From the IMG/VR virus record IMGVR_UViG_3300037474_000099: a stretch of DNA of 44,553 nt, one strand, 5' to 3'. This DNA is from a virus. The translations under genes and the position numbers were made by a program. Numbering within the stretch: the stretch's first letter is position 1; each line of letters begins with the position of its first letter. This document shows, one piece after another, positions 31,401-40,174 of this stretch. The notes under the pieces were generated by a model. The model ran no database searches and had not been told where the DNA came from. It worked only from the letters and a program-made list of their open reading frames with translations.

Positions 31401-31922
31401 ATGAAATCTTATATAATCGATATTATAGCGTATTCATTATTAATTTTTATTCTATGTGTATTAAATATGACAAACTTATCCCAAAATTCACAAGATAACA
31501 TTAAAGCGGTTAAAATAGCCGCTAATAATGTATTTTCATCTGAAATATTAGCTGATTTAGCAGTAGCTCAATCTATATTAGAATCTAATTTATATGGTAA
31601 ACCAAGTGGATTAGCTTATAATAGTAATAATTTATTTGGTATTAAAGGCTCTGGAACAGCAGGAAGTGTAGTTAGAGAAACTAGAGAATATGTTAAAGGA
31701 AAATGGATAACTATTCAGGATAAATTTGCAGCTAATAATTCTTTAGAAGATTCCTTTAGACAGTATAAAAAAGTATTAGAACTGCCCAGATATAAAGCGG
31801 TACTAGAGTCTAAGACATTTGAAGAAGCCGCAAAAGCAGTATGGAAGGGAGGGTATGCAACAGATCCTAATTATCCTAGTAAATTAATAGCTATTTATAA
31901 TAAATATATTAAGGATAATTAA
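31401..31922 (+). CDS. Endolysin: mannosyl-glycoprotein endo-beta-N-acetylglucosaminidase (FlgJ/LytD-type) with an N-terminal signal-anchor
   Basis: AQSILESN..G.S.LA...NNLFGIK...F..Y.S.EDS...Y...L....YKAV......A..A...GYATDPNY..KL. TM segment at aa 5-25. Confidence 0.8.
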   Translation: MKSYIIDIIAYSLLIFILCVLNMTNLSQNSQDNIKAVKIAANNVFSSEILADLAVAQSILESNLYGKPSGLAYNSNNLFGIKGSGTAGSVVRETREYVKGKWITIQDKFAANNSLEDSFRQYKKVLELPRYKAVLESKTFEEAAKAVWKGGYATDPNYPSKLIAIYNKYIKDN

Positions 31923-32026
31923 TGAAAATTACAAAGGAAGATATTAGGACTATATGCAGTGTATTAAGTGTATTGTTGCAATTGACAATTCTTTATGTTA
32001 CTCTGCATATTTGGAAATTTATTTAG
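31922..32026 (+). CDS. 34-aa TM peptide after the endolysin (lysis accessory?)
   Basis: My own translation: MKITKEDIRTICSVLSVLLQLTILYVTLHIWKFI. TAATG overlap with the endolysin stop. Confidence 0.4.
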   Translation: MKITKEDIRTICSVLSVLLQLTILYVTLHIWKFI

Positions 32027-32034
32027 GTATAGTT

Positions 32035-32115
32035 ATGATTATATTAATAGCTTTTATATTAGGTTATATAACCGGAGCAATATTAGCTTATTTATGGTTA
32101 CGCTGTTTTTTCTAA
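32035..32115 (+). CDS. 26-aa TM peptide (MIILIAFILGYITGAILAYLWLRCFF)
   Basis: My own translation. Its 3' end overlaps the convergent fibre gene by 18 nt. Confidence 0.3.
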   Translation: MIILIAFILGYITGAILAYLWLRCFF

Positions 32116-33249
32116 TTCTACAATGAAAGTACAGGATCCAGCAGTATAATCAGCTGTTCCTCCAGAATATTGTAAATATAAATTAACCCCAGCAGCCGTA
32201 GCTGTATTAATATGAGCTGCCGAAGCAGGATAAGGAGTGGCTGTAGCGCCCCAAGTAGAGGCTGCTAAAGTTTGTAAACTAGCAGCTGGAACTACAGTAT
32301 AAATACTTGTTCCATCAGTAAGTTTCAACAATCTATCTCCACCGCCACCACTAAAGTTAGTACCTGCTCCACTTAACATAATTCTTCGAACTTTATATTG
32401 TTGAGAGCCTGATGAGGCTTGAACAACTACTTGAGCATTGGTTGCTAAAGTTGTGAAAGTTGCTGTAACTTCTTTATAGAATATTTTACCTAGGGTCACA
32501 CCGTCTGCTATAAAACTTGTAGCGGAACCTGTTAAAGAAACATTGCCTGTAGACGTCAATGTTCCAGTTAAACTAGTATTTCCTGTTACAGAGAAATTTC
32601 CCACAATCGATACAGGATTAGCGAAAGAATGAGTTTTTTGACTTATTTTAAACCACTGAGTGCCGTCATTATATAATCCTATCCATTCTCCTTGATAAGA
32701 TAAAGTAGTACTCGAATTAACTCCATCTATTTGTTCAGATCCATTAGGCGTAATAGTAACTGTATTAGCTGATGAATCTATTTTTGTTATATATAGAACA
32801 AATCCATCACCTGCAGAAGCTGAGGCTATTAAATTAATAGTTTTACTTCCGCCCGAAGAATCCATTTTTATTAATTTATCTTTATCAGTAACTAAAATTG
32901 TATAGTTACTTGATTTAGCTGAAGATGACATTGTTTGAGGAAGTAAAGAAATATTGTCTTCAGTCCAATAAGAATTAGACGGTGGATCAGTATCAGTACT
33001 AGGGGCAGCTACTATTTTATATGAAGATGTTACGTAAATGTCAACTGAAGGCTGGCCATATGCATTACATACAATAGGATTAGAATTAGCATTAGTTCCA
33101 GCGATTGCATCTGCTGAAGTAGGATAGGTATTAATTTTAGTAGTAGTACCAGGTTGATAGAAAAATAACTTGGCACCATTAGCTGGTAATCCTGTAGTAG
33201 GATTTAAAATAGTTATTTTTGGATTATATACTAATGATGGTTTTGCCAT
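32098..33249 (-). CDS. Tail fibre/spike-like protein (383 aa), last gene of the late arm
   Basis: N-terminal ...GLPANGAKLFFYQPGTTTKINTYPTSADAIAGTNANSNPIV... is typical of fibre/spike N-termini. The rest is T/S/G-rich and beta-rich. Confidence 0.55.
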   Translation of the reverse strand: MAKPSLVYNPKITILNPTTGLPANGAKLFFYQPGTTTKINTYPTSADAIAGTNANSNPIVCNAYGQPSVDIYVTSSYKIVAAPSTDTDPPSNSYWTEDNISLLPQTMSSSAKSSNYTILVTDKDKLIKMDSSGGSKTINLIASASAGDGFVLYITKIDSSANTVTITPNGSEQIDGVNSSTTLSYQGEWIGLYNDGTQWFKISQKTHSFANPVSIVGNFSVTGNTSLTGTLTSTGNVSLTGSATSFIADGVTLGKIFYKEVTATFTTLATNAQVVVQASSGSQQYKVRRIMLSGAGTNFSGGGGDRLLKLTDGTSIYTVVPAASLQTLAASTWGATATPYPASAAHINTATAAGVNLYLQYSGGTADYTAGSCTFIVELEKTA

Positions 33250-35228
33250 TACTTATCTCCTAAATCTCTTTTATTAATTTGTACATTTCCTTCATTATCT
33301 AAAATCATTGAAATACCAGCTCTATTAATATATTTGCTAGCTTTATTAATTAGATATTGACTTAAGGGTTCATTAACGCCAATTGTTTTATTAATTCCAA
33401 GTAAGAAATTCTTTATTGGTGCATGAGCTGTAATTGCTCCTATAGCTGATCCAGATGCTACTAATCCTTGGACAGCAGGATTTAAATAAGTAGCGGCACC
33501 TAATGCAGCTCCTCCTGCGGTTTCTAATATACTATTTACTTTTCCAGCTGACATACCTTGCATTGTTTTTTGTGCTAAATATGATAATCCTTGTAATGAA
33601 TTTTTTATATCGGTATTTACTAAATTCTCCGGTGAATTATTAATAGAACTTAATAATTTAGTAATATTAATACTGCCATTAGGTCGTATACTGGATTTAA
33701 ATATGTTATTTAATACTTGATCTTGAACTGCTCCCATTCCTTCTGAACCAATCATTTTAGAGTATTTATCGTAAGCTTGAGGAGCTAAAGAATTATTTTT
33801 TAATTTATTAAAGAAATTAACCATACCTGTAGCATCGTTGTTAATATCTCTCATTGCAGATGCTAATACCTTACTATTTTTTGGATCCCATAAAGTTTTA
33901 ATACCGCTAGTAACAGTATTAAATCTATTAAACGACTCTATAGCTACCGGCGATGCAGATACTGAATTTAAAATATCTCCATTAATATTATGATATAAAT
34001 CATTTAGTTTTTGAGATGCATTATAAGCTGCTGTATCTACTCGATCTCCTGCCAATCTTTCATACTCATTCCAAATTCTTTGTTTTAAACCTATTGCTTC
34101 TTTAGAGCCTAATAAAGAATTAGTAGTCATATAATCATTAATAGAATTTAAGGCATTTACAGCTTGATTACTTAAGACTTTATTATCATTTTGTAATAAA
34201 TCTTTAGCTAAAGGTACAGCAGTCTTCATATTATGACTATTCATTCCTAAATCATTTAATATATTTCTAAAATCGGAAGACACCAATCCAATAGTTTCAT
34301 CTGCACTGCTTTTAGCTTTTAATATAGCATTTTTAAATTGATTTAAACTCATAGTTTTATCAATAGAAGTGTATTTATCAGCCATAGTTTTAAGAACATT
34401 TTCTATACCGTCTAATTGAGCTTGTCTCGCTGATTGAGTACCTATCATAGGTAAGTTTCGAACTAAAGGAAGTTTGGATATAGCGCCATTAACTACTGAT
34501 TCCTTAATTGAGTTATATACTCCTTGATTTCCTGGTACATCAGTAGCAAAAATTGGACCTTTATAACCCACTTGACTTAAAGAATCTTTAAAATCGCCGT
34601 AATTACTTAAATTTTTAGCATAATTACCCATTAAGGCAGATGCTCCTGCCCCAAGTGTTCCCCCAAATGCTGCTCCTAATTTAGCTCCAGAAGTATTTAA
34701 AACATCATTATTACCTGGTTGATTAGTTATTGCTCCCATTAAACCTCCTTGTAAGGCTCCAGAAGCCGCTGATTGAGCTATCCTACCCATACTAGTAACA
34801 GCTCCAGATCCAGCTCCTACGGCCCCTAATGGAGCTGTAGCAAAGAGATTACCGCCTAATCGTCCTAATCCACTAGCAATTGGATGAGCGTTAGTATCAC
34901 TATCGGCATTATAAGAAGCTAAATTTTTATCATAGAGAGCTTGAACATCAGATGTTTTAAGCTCAGGTAGGCCTACATAAGGAGCTATCTTAGTTAACCC
35001 TTTAGCTATTGTAGACGTAATATCATCTAAACCTTGTTGAACTCCTTTTCCTGCTGCATCCACAAGTGATTGTAAATATGAGGTTTTATTATCAATTTTA
35101 TGTCCGATATTGTGATTATTATTTGACGATGGAGATGTATAAGCATCATCTGGTATTATAATACCTTGATTATTATTAGAATTTTCATTTGATAAGAAAG
35201 CATCGTCAGGAATAATTGGTTGTGTCAT
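33249..35228 (-). CDS. Internal virion / ejection protein (putative, 659 aa)
   Basis: N-terminal duplicated IIPDDA(F/Y) motif and Gly/Ala-rich hydrophobic segments (GAVGAGSGAV, GAAFGGTLGAGASALMG). Lies in the ejection-protein block. Confidence 0.4.
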   Translation of the reverse strand: MTQPIIPDDAFLSNENSNNNQGIIIPDDAYTSPSSNNNHNIGHKIDNKTSYLQSLVDAAGKGVQQGLDDITSTIAKGLTKIAPYVGLPELKTSDVQALYDKNLASYNADSDTNAHPIASGLGRLGGNLFATAPLGAVGAGSGAVTSMGRIAQSAASGALQGGLMGAITNQPGNNDVLNTSGAKLGAAFGGTLGAGASALMGNYAKNLSNYGDFKDSLSQVGYKGPIFATDVPGNQGVYNSIKESVVNGAISKLPLVRNLPMIGTQSARQAQLDGIENVLKTMADKYTSIDKTMSLNQFKNAILKAKSSADETIGLVSSDFRNILNDLGMNSHNMKTAVPLAKDLLQNDNKVLSNQAVNALNSINDYMTTNSLLGSKEAIGLKQRIWNEYERLAGDRVDTAAYNASQKLNDLYHNINGDILNSVSASPVAIESFNRFNTVTSGIKTLWDPKNSKVLASAMRDINNDATGMVNFFNKLKNNSLAPQAYDKYSKMIGSEGMGAVQDQVLNNIFKSSIRPNGSINITKLLSSINNSPENLVNTDIKNSLQGLSYLAQKTMQGMSAGKVNSILETAGGAALGAATYLNPAVQGLVASGSAIGAITAHAPIKNFLLGINKTIGVNEPLSQYLINKASKYINRAGISMILDNEGNVQINKRDLGDK

Positions 35229-35229
35229 G

Positions 35230-35826
35230 TTAATTTCCTAAATATTTTGAAGTACCTAGCCAATTTTTATCAGGATAATAAGAAAAAACTAGACTATTAT
35301 TTTTTATTAAATTAATTATATCAGATGAAACATTTAAATTCAAGGCTGGACAACCCCAACTATGGCCTACATTTGAATTTGAGACGTATCTAGCTCCATG
35401 AATGACAACAAAACGTTTATAAACATTATCATTAATACCGGGTTCTTTACCATATAATTTTAAAGATAATCCATTTTTTCCAATATAAGTAGCGCCCGTT
35501 ATCATTATACCAATACTAGTTTTTTTAGAATTAGGTGTATTTGAAAAACTATTGGCATAAATACCGCTGCCACTATTTATTCCATGAGCAACATATTCTG
35601 AATATAGAATTCTATTGTTAATTAAATCAATAACGAAAAATCTTTTTTGATTAGAAGGTTTAGAATAATCTATAATTGTTATTATAGGTTTTAAACTCGG
35701 ATTTTTCTTTTTTTCTATTATATAAGCTTTTTTAGCTAATGCCAAAACATCAGGACTTGGTCCGGGATTAAAAGAAGATAAGAAAAAAGCGGATAATGCA
35801 ACAACACTTAATAATTGTTTTATCAT
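35230..35826 (-). CDS. YkuD_2-type L,D-transpeptidase catalytic-domain protein with a signal peptide
   Basis: Signal-like MIKQLLSVVALSAFFLSS. VAHGINSGSG...FSNTPNSKKTSIG...GKNGLSLKLYGKEPGINDNVYKRFVVIHGARYV...GHSWGCPAL matches the H-G...S-x-G-C active-site region of YkuD_2. Confidence 0.7.
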   Translation of the reverse strand: MIKQLLSVVALSAFFLSSFNPGPSPDVLALAKKAYIIEKKKNPSLKPIITIIDYSKPSNQKRFFVIDLINNRILYSEYVAHGINSGSGIYANSFSNTPNSKKTSIGIMITGATYIGKNGLSLKLYGKEPGINDNVYKRFVVIHGARYVSNSNVGHSWGCPALNLNVSSDIINLIKNNSLVFSYYPDKNWLGTSKYLGN

Positions 35827-36359
35827 GGCAATTGATTATTATTATTTTGATTGTTTAATAATGATGCATATTGTAAAGCATCAAACTTATTTTGGGCCGG
35901 ACTATTTTGTGGAGAAGAGTTACTATAAGGTGACGAAGCTAATCCTGAATTATACATCATTTGAGATGCTGGATTAATAGTACCAGAAGTAGGAGGTGCT
36001 TTACCTACTGCTTGCAATATTAAATTTTGATAATTATCATATCCACCAGCTTTATGAAAATTATTAATCATTTCTTGGCCTTCATCCGTTTTCATAAACC
36101 CTAGCATTGTTTTTTGAACTTGGGTCATTTCTGGACTCATTTGAGGTGGCGGGCTCTGAGGTTGATTATTTTGTTTAGCCATTTGATCAAAAGGAACAGG
36201 AGTATTTAATTGACCATTAATTTGAGGTCGTGGCATTGGTTGACCTCCAGCTAAATTCATCGATGATCCTCCTAATTGCATAGGAGCGGGAGGTTGAAAT
36301 TGATTAAAAGATTGGGATTGACCAATACCTTGTACTTCAGAATCGCTTGGACCTAACAT
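35823..36359 (-). CDS. Pro/Gln/Asn-rich low-complexity virion protein (178 aa)
   Basis: ORF track. Compositional call only. Confidence 0.45.
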   Translation of the reverse strand: MLGPSDSEVQGIGQSQSFNQFQPPAPMQLGGSSMNLAGGQPMPRPQINGQLNTPVPFDQMAKQNNQPQSPPPQMSPEMTQVQKTMLGFMKTDEGQEMINNFHKAGGYDNYQNLILQAVGKAPPTSGTINPASQMMYNSGLASSPYSNSSPQNSPAQNKFDALQYASLLNNQNNNNQLP

Positions 36360-37813
36360 TATTGATTCTCCTGTAAATATTTAATTACTTGTTCTTTTGT
36401 CATATTAGGATTTGCCTTCATAATTTTATTAATATCTACCGCTTTCCCTTTATAAGAAAATGATTCAGGTTGAGCCGATGAAGAATTAGCTCCAGATAAA
36501 ATATCCATTAACTTAGAATCATAAGCATCTTGATCTTCTATTTTTCCATTCTTTAAATATTGTTGATCAAGTTTCATTTTATTTTCAATAGTATTACGCA
36601 ATACTTGAACTTTTTGTAAAGCATTACCTTGACTATCAGCTCCAGCACCCGAGGTTGCAGGAATTAAGGAATTTCTAAATTCTTTATTAGCTGAAGTTAG
36701 AAGTCTAGGACTCATTGTTTTAGCCATATCGGCCCATAAACCAGAAGTAATAGATTCAATTTCCGTTTTAGCGTCATCTAATTTCTGAGGATCGTATCCC
36801 ATTACAGCTGCTGAGCCTTTAATAATGGGAGATAATAATTTATTCCTATCAGCTGTTACATTTCCTTCTGCATAGGCAGAACCTAATGTAGTAAATACAT
36901 CTGGATTATCTTTAATTAATGATTGTAATCTATCTAATTGTTTTAATTGTTGACTTGAATTAATAATCTTTTCTTGTTGTTTAGTGGATTGAGCTTGCGT
37001 TAATTCCGACGTATTTCCTGAAATAGATGCTTTTAATGCTTTCATAATCATAGGATTCTTAGCAGCTTCATTAGCGTAACTTGATAACATTAAATCCATT
37101 GTAACATGATTCATTACATCTGATGGATTCATGTCTAAAGCATCTTTATATTCTTTTTCGGAAACTATTCCGGCTTTAACACCCCATTGCATTTTCTTTT
37201 GAATAAATTCAGCTAATTGTTTTGGATCTTGGATATCACTAGCTCCAGATAAAACTAATGAAGCAAAAGCTCCTCGTTTATTTCTATCAGTTTGTTCTAA
37301 TTCTGAACGAGCTTGTAAAGCCATTTGCATTCGTTGAGCTTGAATCATCTCTTGTCTATCAGCTTCTGCTCTATCCATTCTTTGTTGTTGCATGTCTAAA
37401 GCTCTGTCGCCATGAGCAAGAGTTCCTTGTTGATAGGCGGCTCGTTGAGCAAGCTCTTCTTGTTGTAAACCTGCCTGTTGTTGCATATAAAGTGCTCTCA
37501 TAGCTCGATCTTTTTGAGATTCTTGACCTTCAAATTGTTGTCTAGCTTGCATAGCTTGCATAACTTGAGCTTGTTGTTGAGCTTGCATTTGTTGTTGAGC
37601 TTGTAATTGCATTCCTAATTCAGCCATTCTTCCTTGACGATCTAAATCTCTATCATTAGCGGCTTGTAATAGACCTAATCGTTGATTAGCTAATTCTGCT
37701 GCTTTGACACGAGGAGTTAAATAATCAGCTACTGGTAGTCCTAAATTACCAATATTATTTCCAGCTAGAGCTGCTAGAGCTCCAATTTGTAATGGATTAA
37801 CGTCAATAGCCAT
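36359..37813 (-). CDS. Gln/Ala/Met-rich coiled-coil internal virion / ejection protein (484 aa)
   Basis: A long QAQQQMQAQQQAQVMQAMQARQQ... helical region. Position in the block. Confidence 0.45.
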   Translation of the reverse strand: MAIDVNPLQIGALAALAGNNIGNLGLPVADYLTPRVKAAELANQRLGLLQAANDRDLDRQGRMAELGMQLQAQQQMQAQQQAQVMQAMQARQQFEGQESQKDRAMRALYMQQQAGLQQEELAQRAAYQQGTLAHGDRALDMQQQRMDRAEADRQEMIQAQRMQMALQARSELEQTDRNKRGAFASLVLSGASDIQDPKQLAEFIQKKMQWGVKAGIVSEKEYKDALDMNPSDVMNHVTMDLMLSSYANEAAKNPMIMKALKASISGNTSELTQAQSTKQQEKIINSSQQLKQLDRLQSLIKDNPDVFTTLGSAYAEGNVTADRNKLLSPIIKGSAAVMGYDPQKLDDAKTEIESITSGLWADMAKTMSPRLLTSANKEFRNSLIPATSGAGADSQGNALQKVQVLRNTIENKMKLDQQYLKNGKIEDQDAYDSKLMDILSGANSSSAQPESFSYKGKAVDINKIMKANPNMTKEQVIKYLQENQ

Positions 37814-37814
37814 C

Positions 37815-38531
37815 TTAGAATCCTCCTGCTACGGGCTGGCCGCCAGTTGCTCTTGATGCTTGAGCACTAGCTAATAATTGGGCTGCTAGGCCCATACCTT
37901 GCATAACATTATTAGCTTGAGCCGCTCCAGTATTTAAATAAGCACTTGCACCTAAAGAGCCTTGATTAGCGAATAGACTTGAAATATTAGAACCAGTTCC
38001 AAGTGCTGCTTGTCCTAATCCCGCACCAGTCGTTATATTAGCTTGCGCTAATAAATTGGCTAATTGTTGATATGCATTATTTTGATTAGTAGCATTTTGA
38101 CTATTTGCTGCAACACCCATATTCATCATTTGTTGCATTTGATTTTGATAATTATTAAACAAAGCTCCTTGTTGTTGAGTAAAATTATTATAATTACCGT
38201 ACGAATAATCTGTTAACGCTCGAGCAAGAGCTCCTGATTGAGATAATCCTTTAGATGCATAATTATCTAACAATGGTCGCATACCTTGCTGAACAGCCAT
38301 CTGTATGCCTGGATCATTTTCAAATCTCTGAGCCGGATCCATTAAATAGTTTTGTCCATATTGTAATTGATATGCAGGAGTTTGCATAAACTGCTGTTGT
38401 AAAGCAGTTTGAGGACTTGCTTGTACCATATCAACTGAATTAGTTCCGCTATTTAAAATAGCACCTAATGATTGAACTGATAATGGATTAACTGTTGCCG
38501 GAGTAGCTGATGAAATAGTGGTGTCAGTCAT
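37815..38531 (-). CDS. Gln/Asn/Ala-rich internal virion protein (238 aa)
   Basis: ORF track. Composition only. Confidence 0.45.
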   Translation of the reverse strand: MTDTTISSATPATVNPLSVQSLGAILNSGTNSVDMVQASPQTALQQQFMQTPAYQLQYGQNYLMDPAQRFENDPGIQMAVQQGMRPLLDNYASKGLSQSGALARALTDYSYGNYNNFTQQQGALFNNYQNQMQQMMNMGVAANSQNATNQNNAYQQLANLLAQANITTGAGLGQAALGTGSNISSLFANQGSLGASAYLNTGAAQANNVMQGMGLAAQLLASAQASRATGGQPVAGGF

Positions 38532-38532
38532 T

Positions 38533-39744
38533 TTATATTATCCTCGCTTGGCCAAATATTCCTTGTTGTGCAGCTAATAATTGAGCAGCAGTATATCCAG
38601 ACATTCCTTGTAATTGATTACCTAATAAACTATAAGCTTGATTATATGCATTATAATTATTTTGAATATTTTGAAAATCAGTATTTGAAGTATTATAAGC
38701 AGCATTAGCTCTATTTACTTGATTACCGATCATTGTATTTTGAATGTCAGTTATTAATTGATTAGCAGAGTTAGCATTGTTTGCTAACCAACTTTTCATA
38801 GGACCTTTCGGATTGACATATTCATCATGACTGACAACTTGCCCAGTAGAGTCTATAAATAATCTTTTATTACGAAGTCCAGTTTGAATATTTCCAATTT
38901 CTGAATCTTTAGCTAAAACGTCTAAAGAATTTCCTAATTTTGGATCATAATATTTTGTTGTGCCGTCAAGTGCTGCATTTAAATAAGTTCTATAAGAAGG
39001 TTGAGAACCTATAAAGTTTAAATACGAATCAGTATATCCAGAATCTTTTAAAACATCTGTCAAATAATTTTTTGTATCAGTACGTGAAAATTTACTTCTA
39101 ACATCTGCATCAGTTTCTGCAGCTGTAGGGCCAGTTAATGTTTTTCCTAAATTTTCACTAGCAAAAGCATCTCCAGTTATTAAATTTCCTACATCATATT
39201 TTCCTGAAACATATTTAGTTAATTTATCAGTATATCCAGCACTAGATTTCTTAGATTCAGCTAATTGTTTAGTTGTTCCATAACTTGATTGTAAACTTTG
39301 TATATTATCTAAAAAATGAGGATTATTTTGAATAGCCTGAGCTAAAGCTCCAGTTCCCATTGCTGCTCGTGCCATACCTAAAGAATCTTTGTATTTGTCC
39401 ATAGCTTCATATCCTGCTTGTACAACAGGTGCATTTGTAGCTATACTCTGTTTTAGTCCTTCTTGTGTATTAGTAGTGGCTTGTTGAGTAGCTTTATTTA
39501 AAAAATCTTGTAAAAATCCTACAGTTTTCCCATAATAATCTTCTTGGGTGCCTACACCTTTATTGGTATAGTTTTCACTATAACCTAATGCTTGTTGTAA
39601 CGATTTTTTAAGAATATTATTAGCTTGTTCAACACCTCCTTGAACATCAATACCGGCAGCTCCACCGCCGCTACCAAATCCTAATTTTTGGCCGACCTTA
39701 CTTGCCACTCCTGACAATGCCATTGCTGTACCAGCTTCACCCAT
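38533..39744 (-). CDS. Internal virion / ejection protein (403 aa)
   Basis: ORF track. Gly-rich N-terminus and Q/N-rich C-terminus. Confidence 0.45.
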   Translation of the reverse strand: MGEAGTAMALSGVASKVGQKLGFGSGGGAAGIDVQGGVEQANNILKKSLQQALGYSENYTNKGVGTQEDYYGKTVGFLQDFLNKATQQATTNTQEGLKQSIATNAPVVQAGYEAMDKYKDSLGMARAAMGTGALAQAIQNNPHFLDNIQSLQSSYGTTKQLAESKKSSAGYTDKLTKYVSGKYDVGNLITGDAFASENLGKTLTGPTAAETDADVRSKFSRTDTKNYLTDVLKDSGYTDSYLNFIGSQPSYRTYLNAALDGTTKYYDPKLGNSLDVLAKDSEIGNIQTGLRNKRLFIDSTGQVVSHDEYVNPKGPMKSWLANNANSANQLITDIQNTMIGNQVNRANAAYNTSNTDFQNIQNNYNAYNQAYSLLGNQLQGMSGYTAAQLLAAQQGIFGQARII

Positions 39745-39745
39745 A

Positions 39746-40174
39746 CTATTCTCCTAAAATTAATATATCGCCGCCTTTAGCGCCGTTTTTTATTTCAGTT
39801 TTAATTACAAAACCTGCTTTTTCTGTTGCTTTAATAGCAGCTATATTAGATTTTAATATTGGAGCTATTAAAGAACAATTAAATTCTTCTTTAATTAATT
39901 TAACACAATCTTGTAAATAACGATGAGATTCTTTATGCCTAAATTGTTTATATACTCCGGCATGAAATATTAAACAATTATTAGTAAATTCTTGAATCAT
40001 AAATAAACCAACTACGTTATTATTATCAATTGCTTTATACAAAACTTTATTAGATAAAAAACTTAAATCAAAATCTTTTTTTAAATCCGATCCTAAAAGA
40101 CCCAAATAAAGACTATCTTTTAAAAGTAAGTATTTTATCTCAATTAAATCTTGTAATCTAACTAAAGATATCAT
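39746..40174 (-). CDS. GNAT-fold acetyltransferase-like protein (142 aa)
   Basis: The C-terminal SNIAAIKATEKAGFVIK is the typical GNAT N..A...YEK.GF motif. The acetyl-CoA motif A is degenerate (VYKQFRHKESHRY). Confidence 0.45.
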   Translation of the reverse strand: MISLVRLQDLIEIKYLLLKDSLYLGLLGSDLKKDFDLSFLSNKVLYKAIDNNNVVGLFMIQEFTNNCLIFHAGVYKQFRHKESHRYLQDCVKLIKEEFNCSLIAPILKSNIAAIKATEKAGFVIKTEIKNGAKGGDILILGE

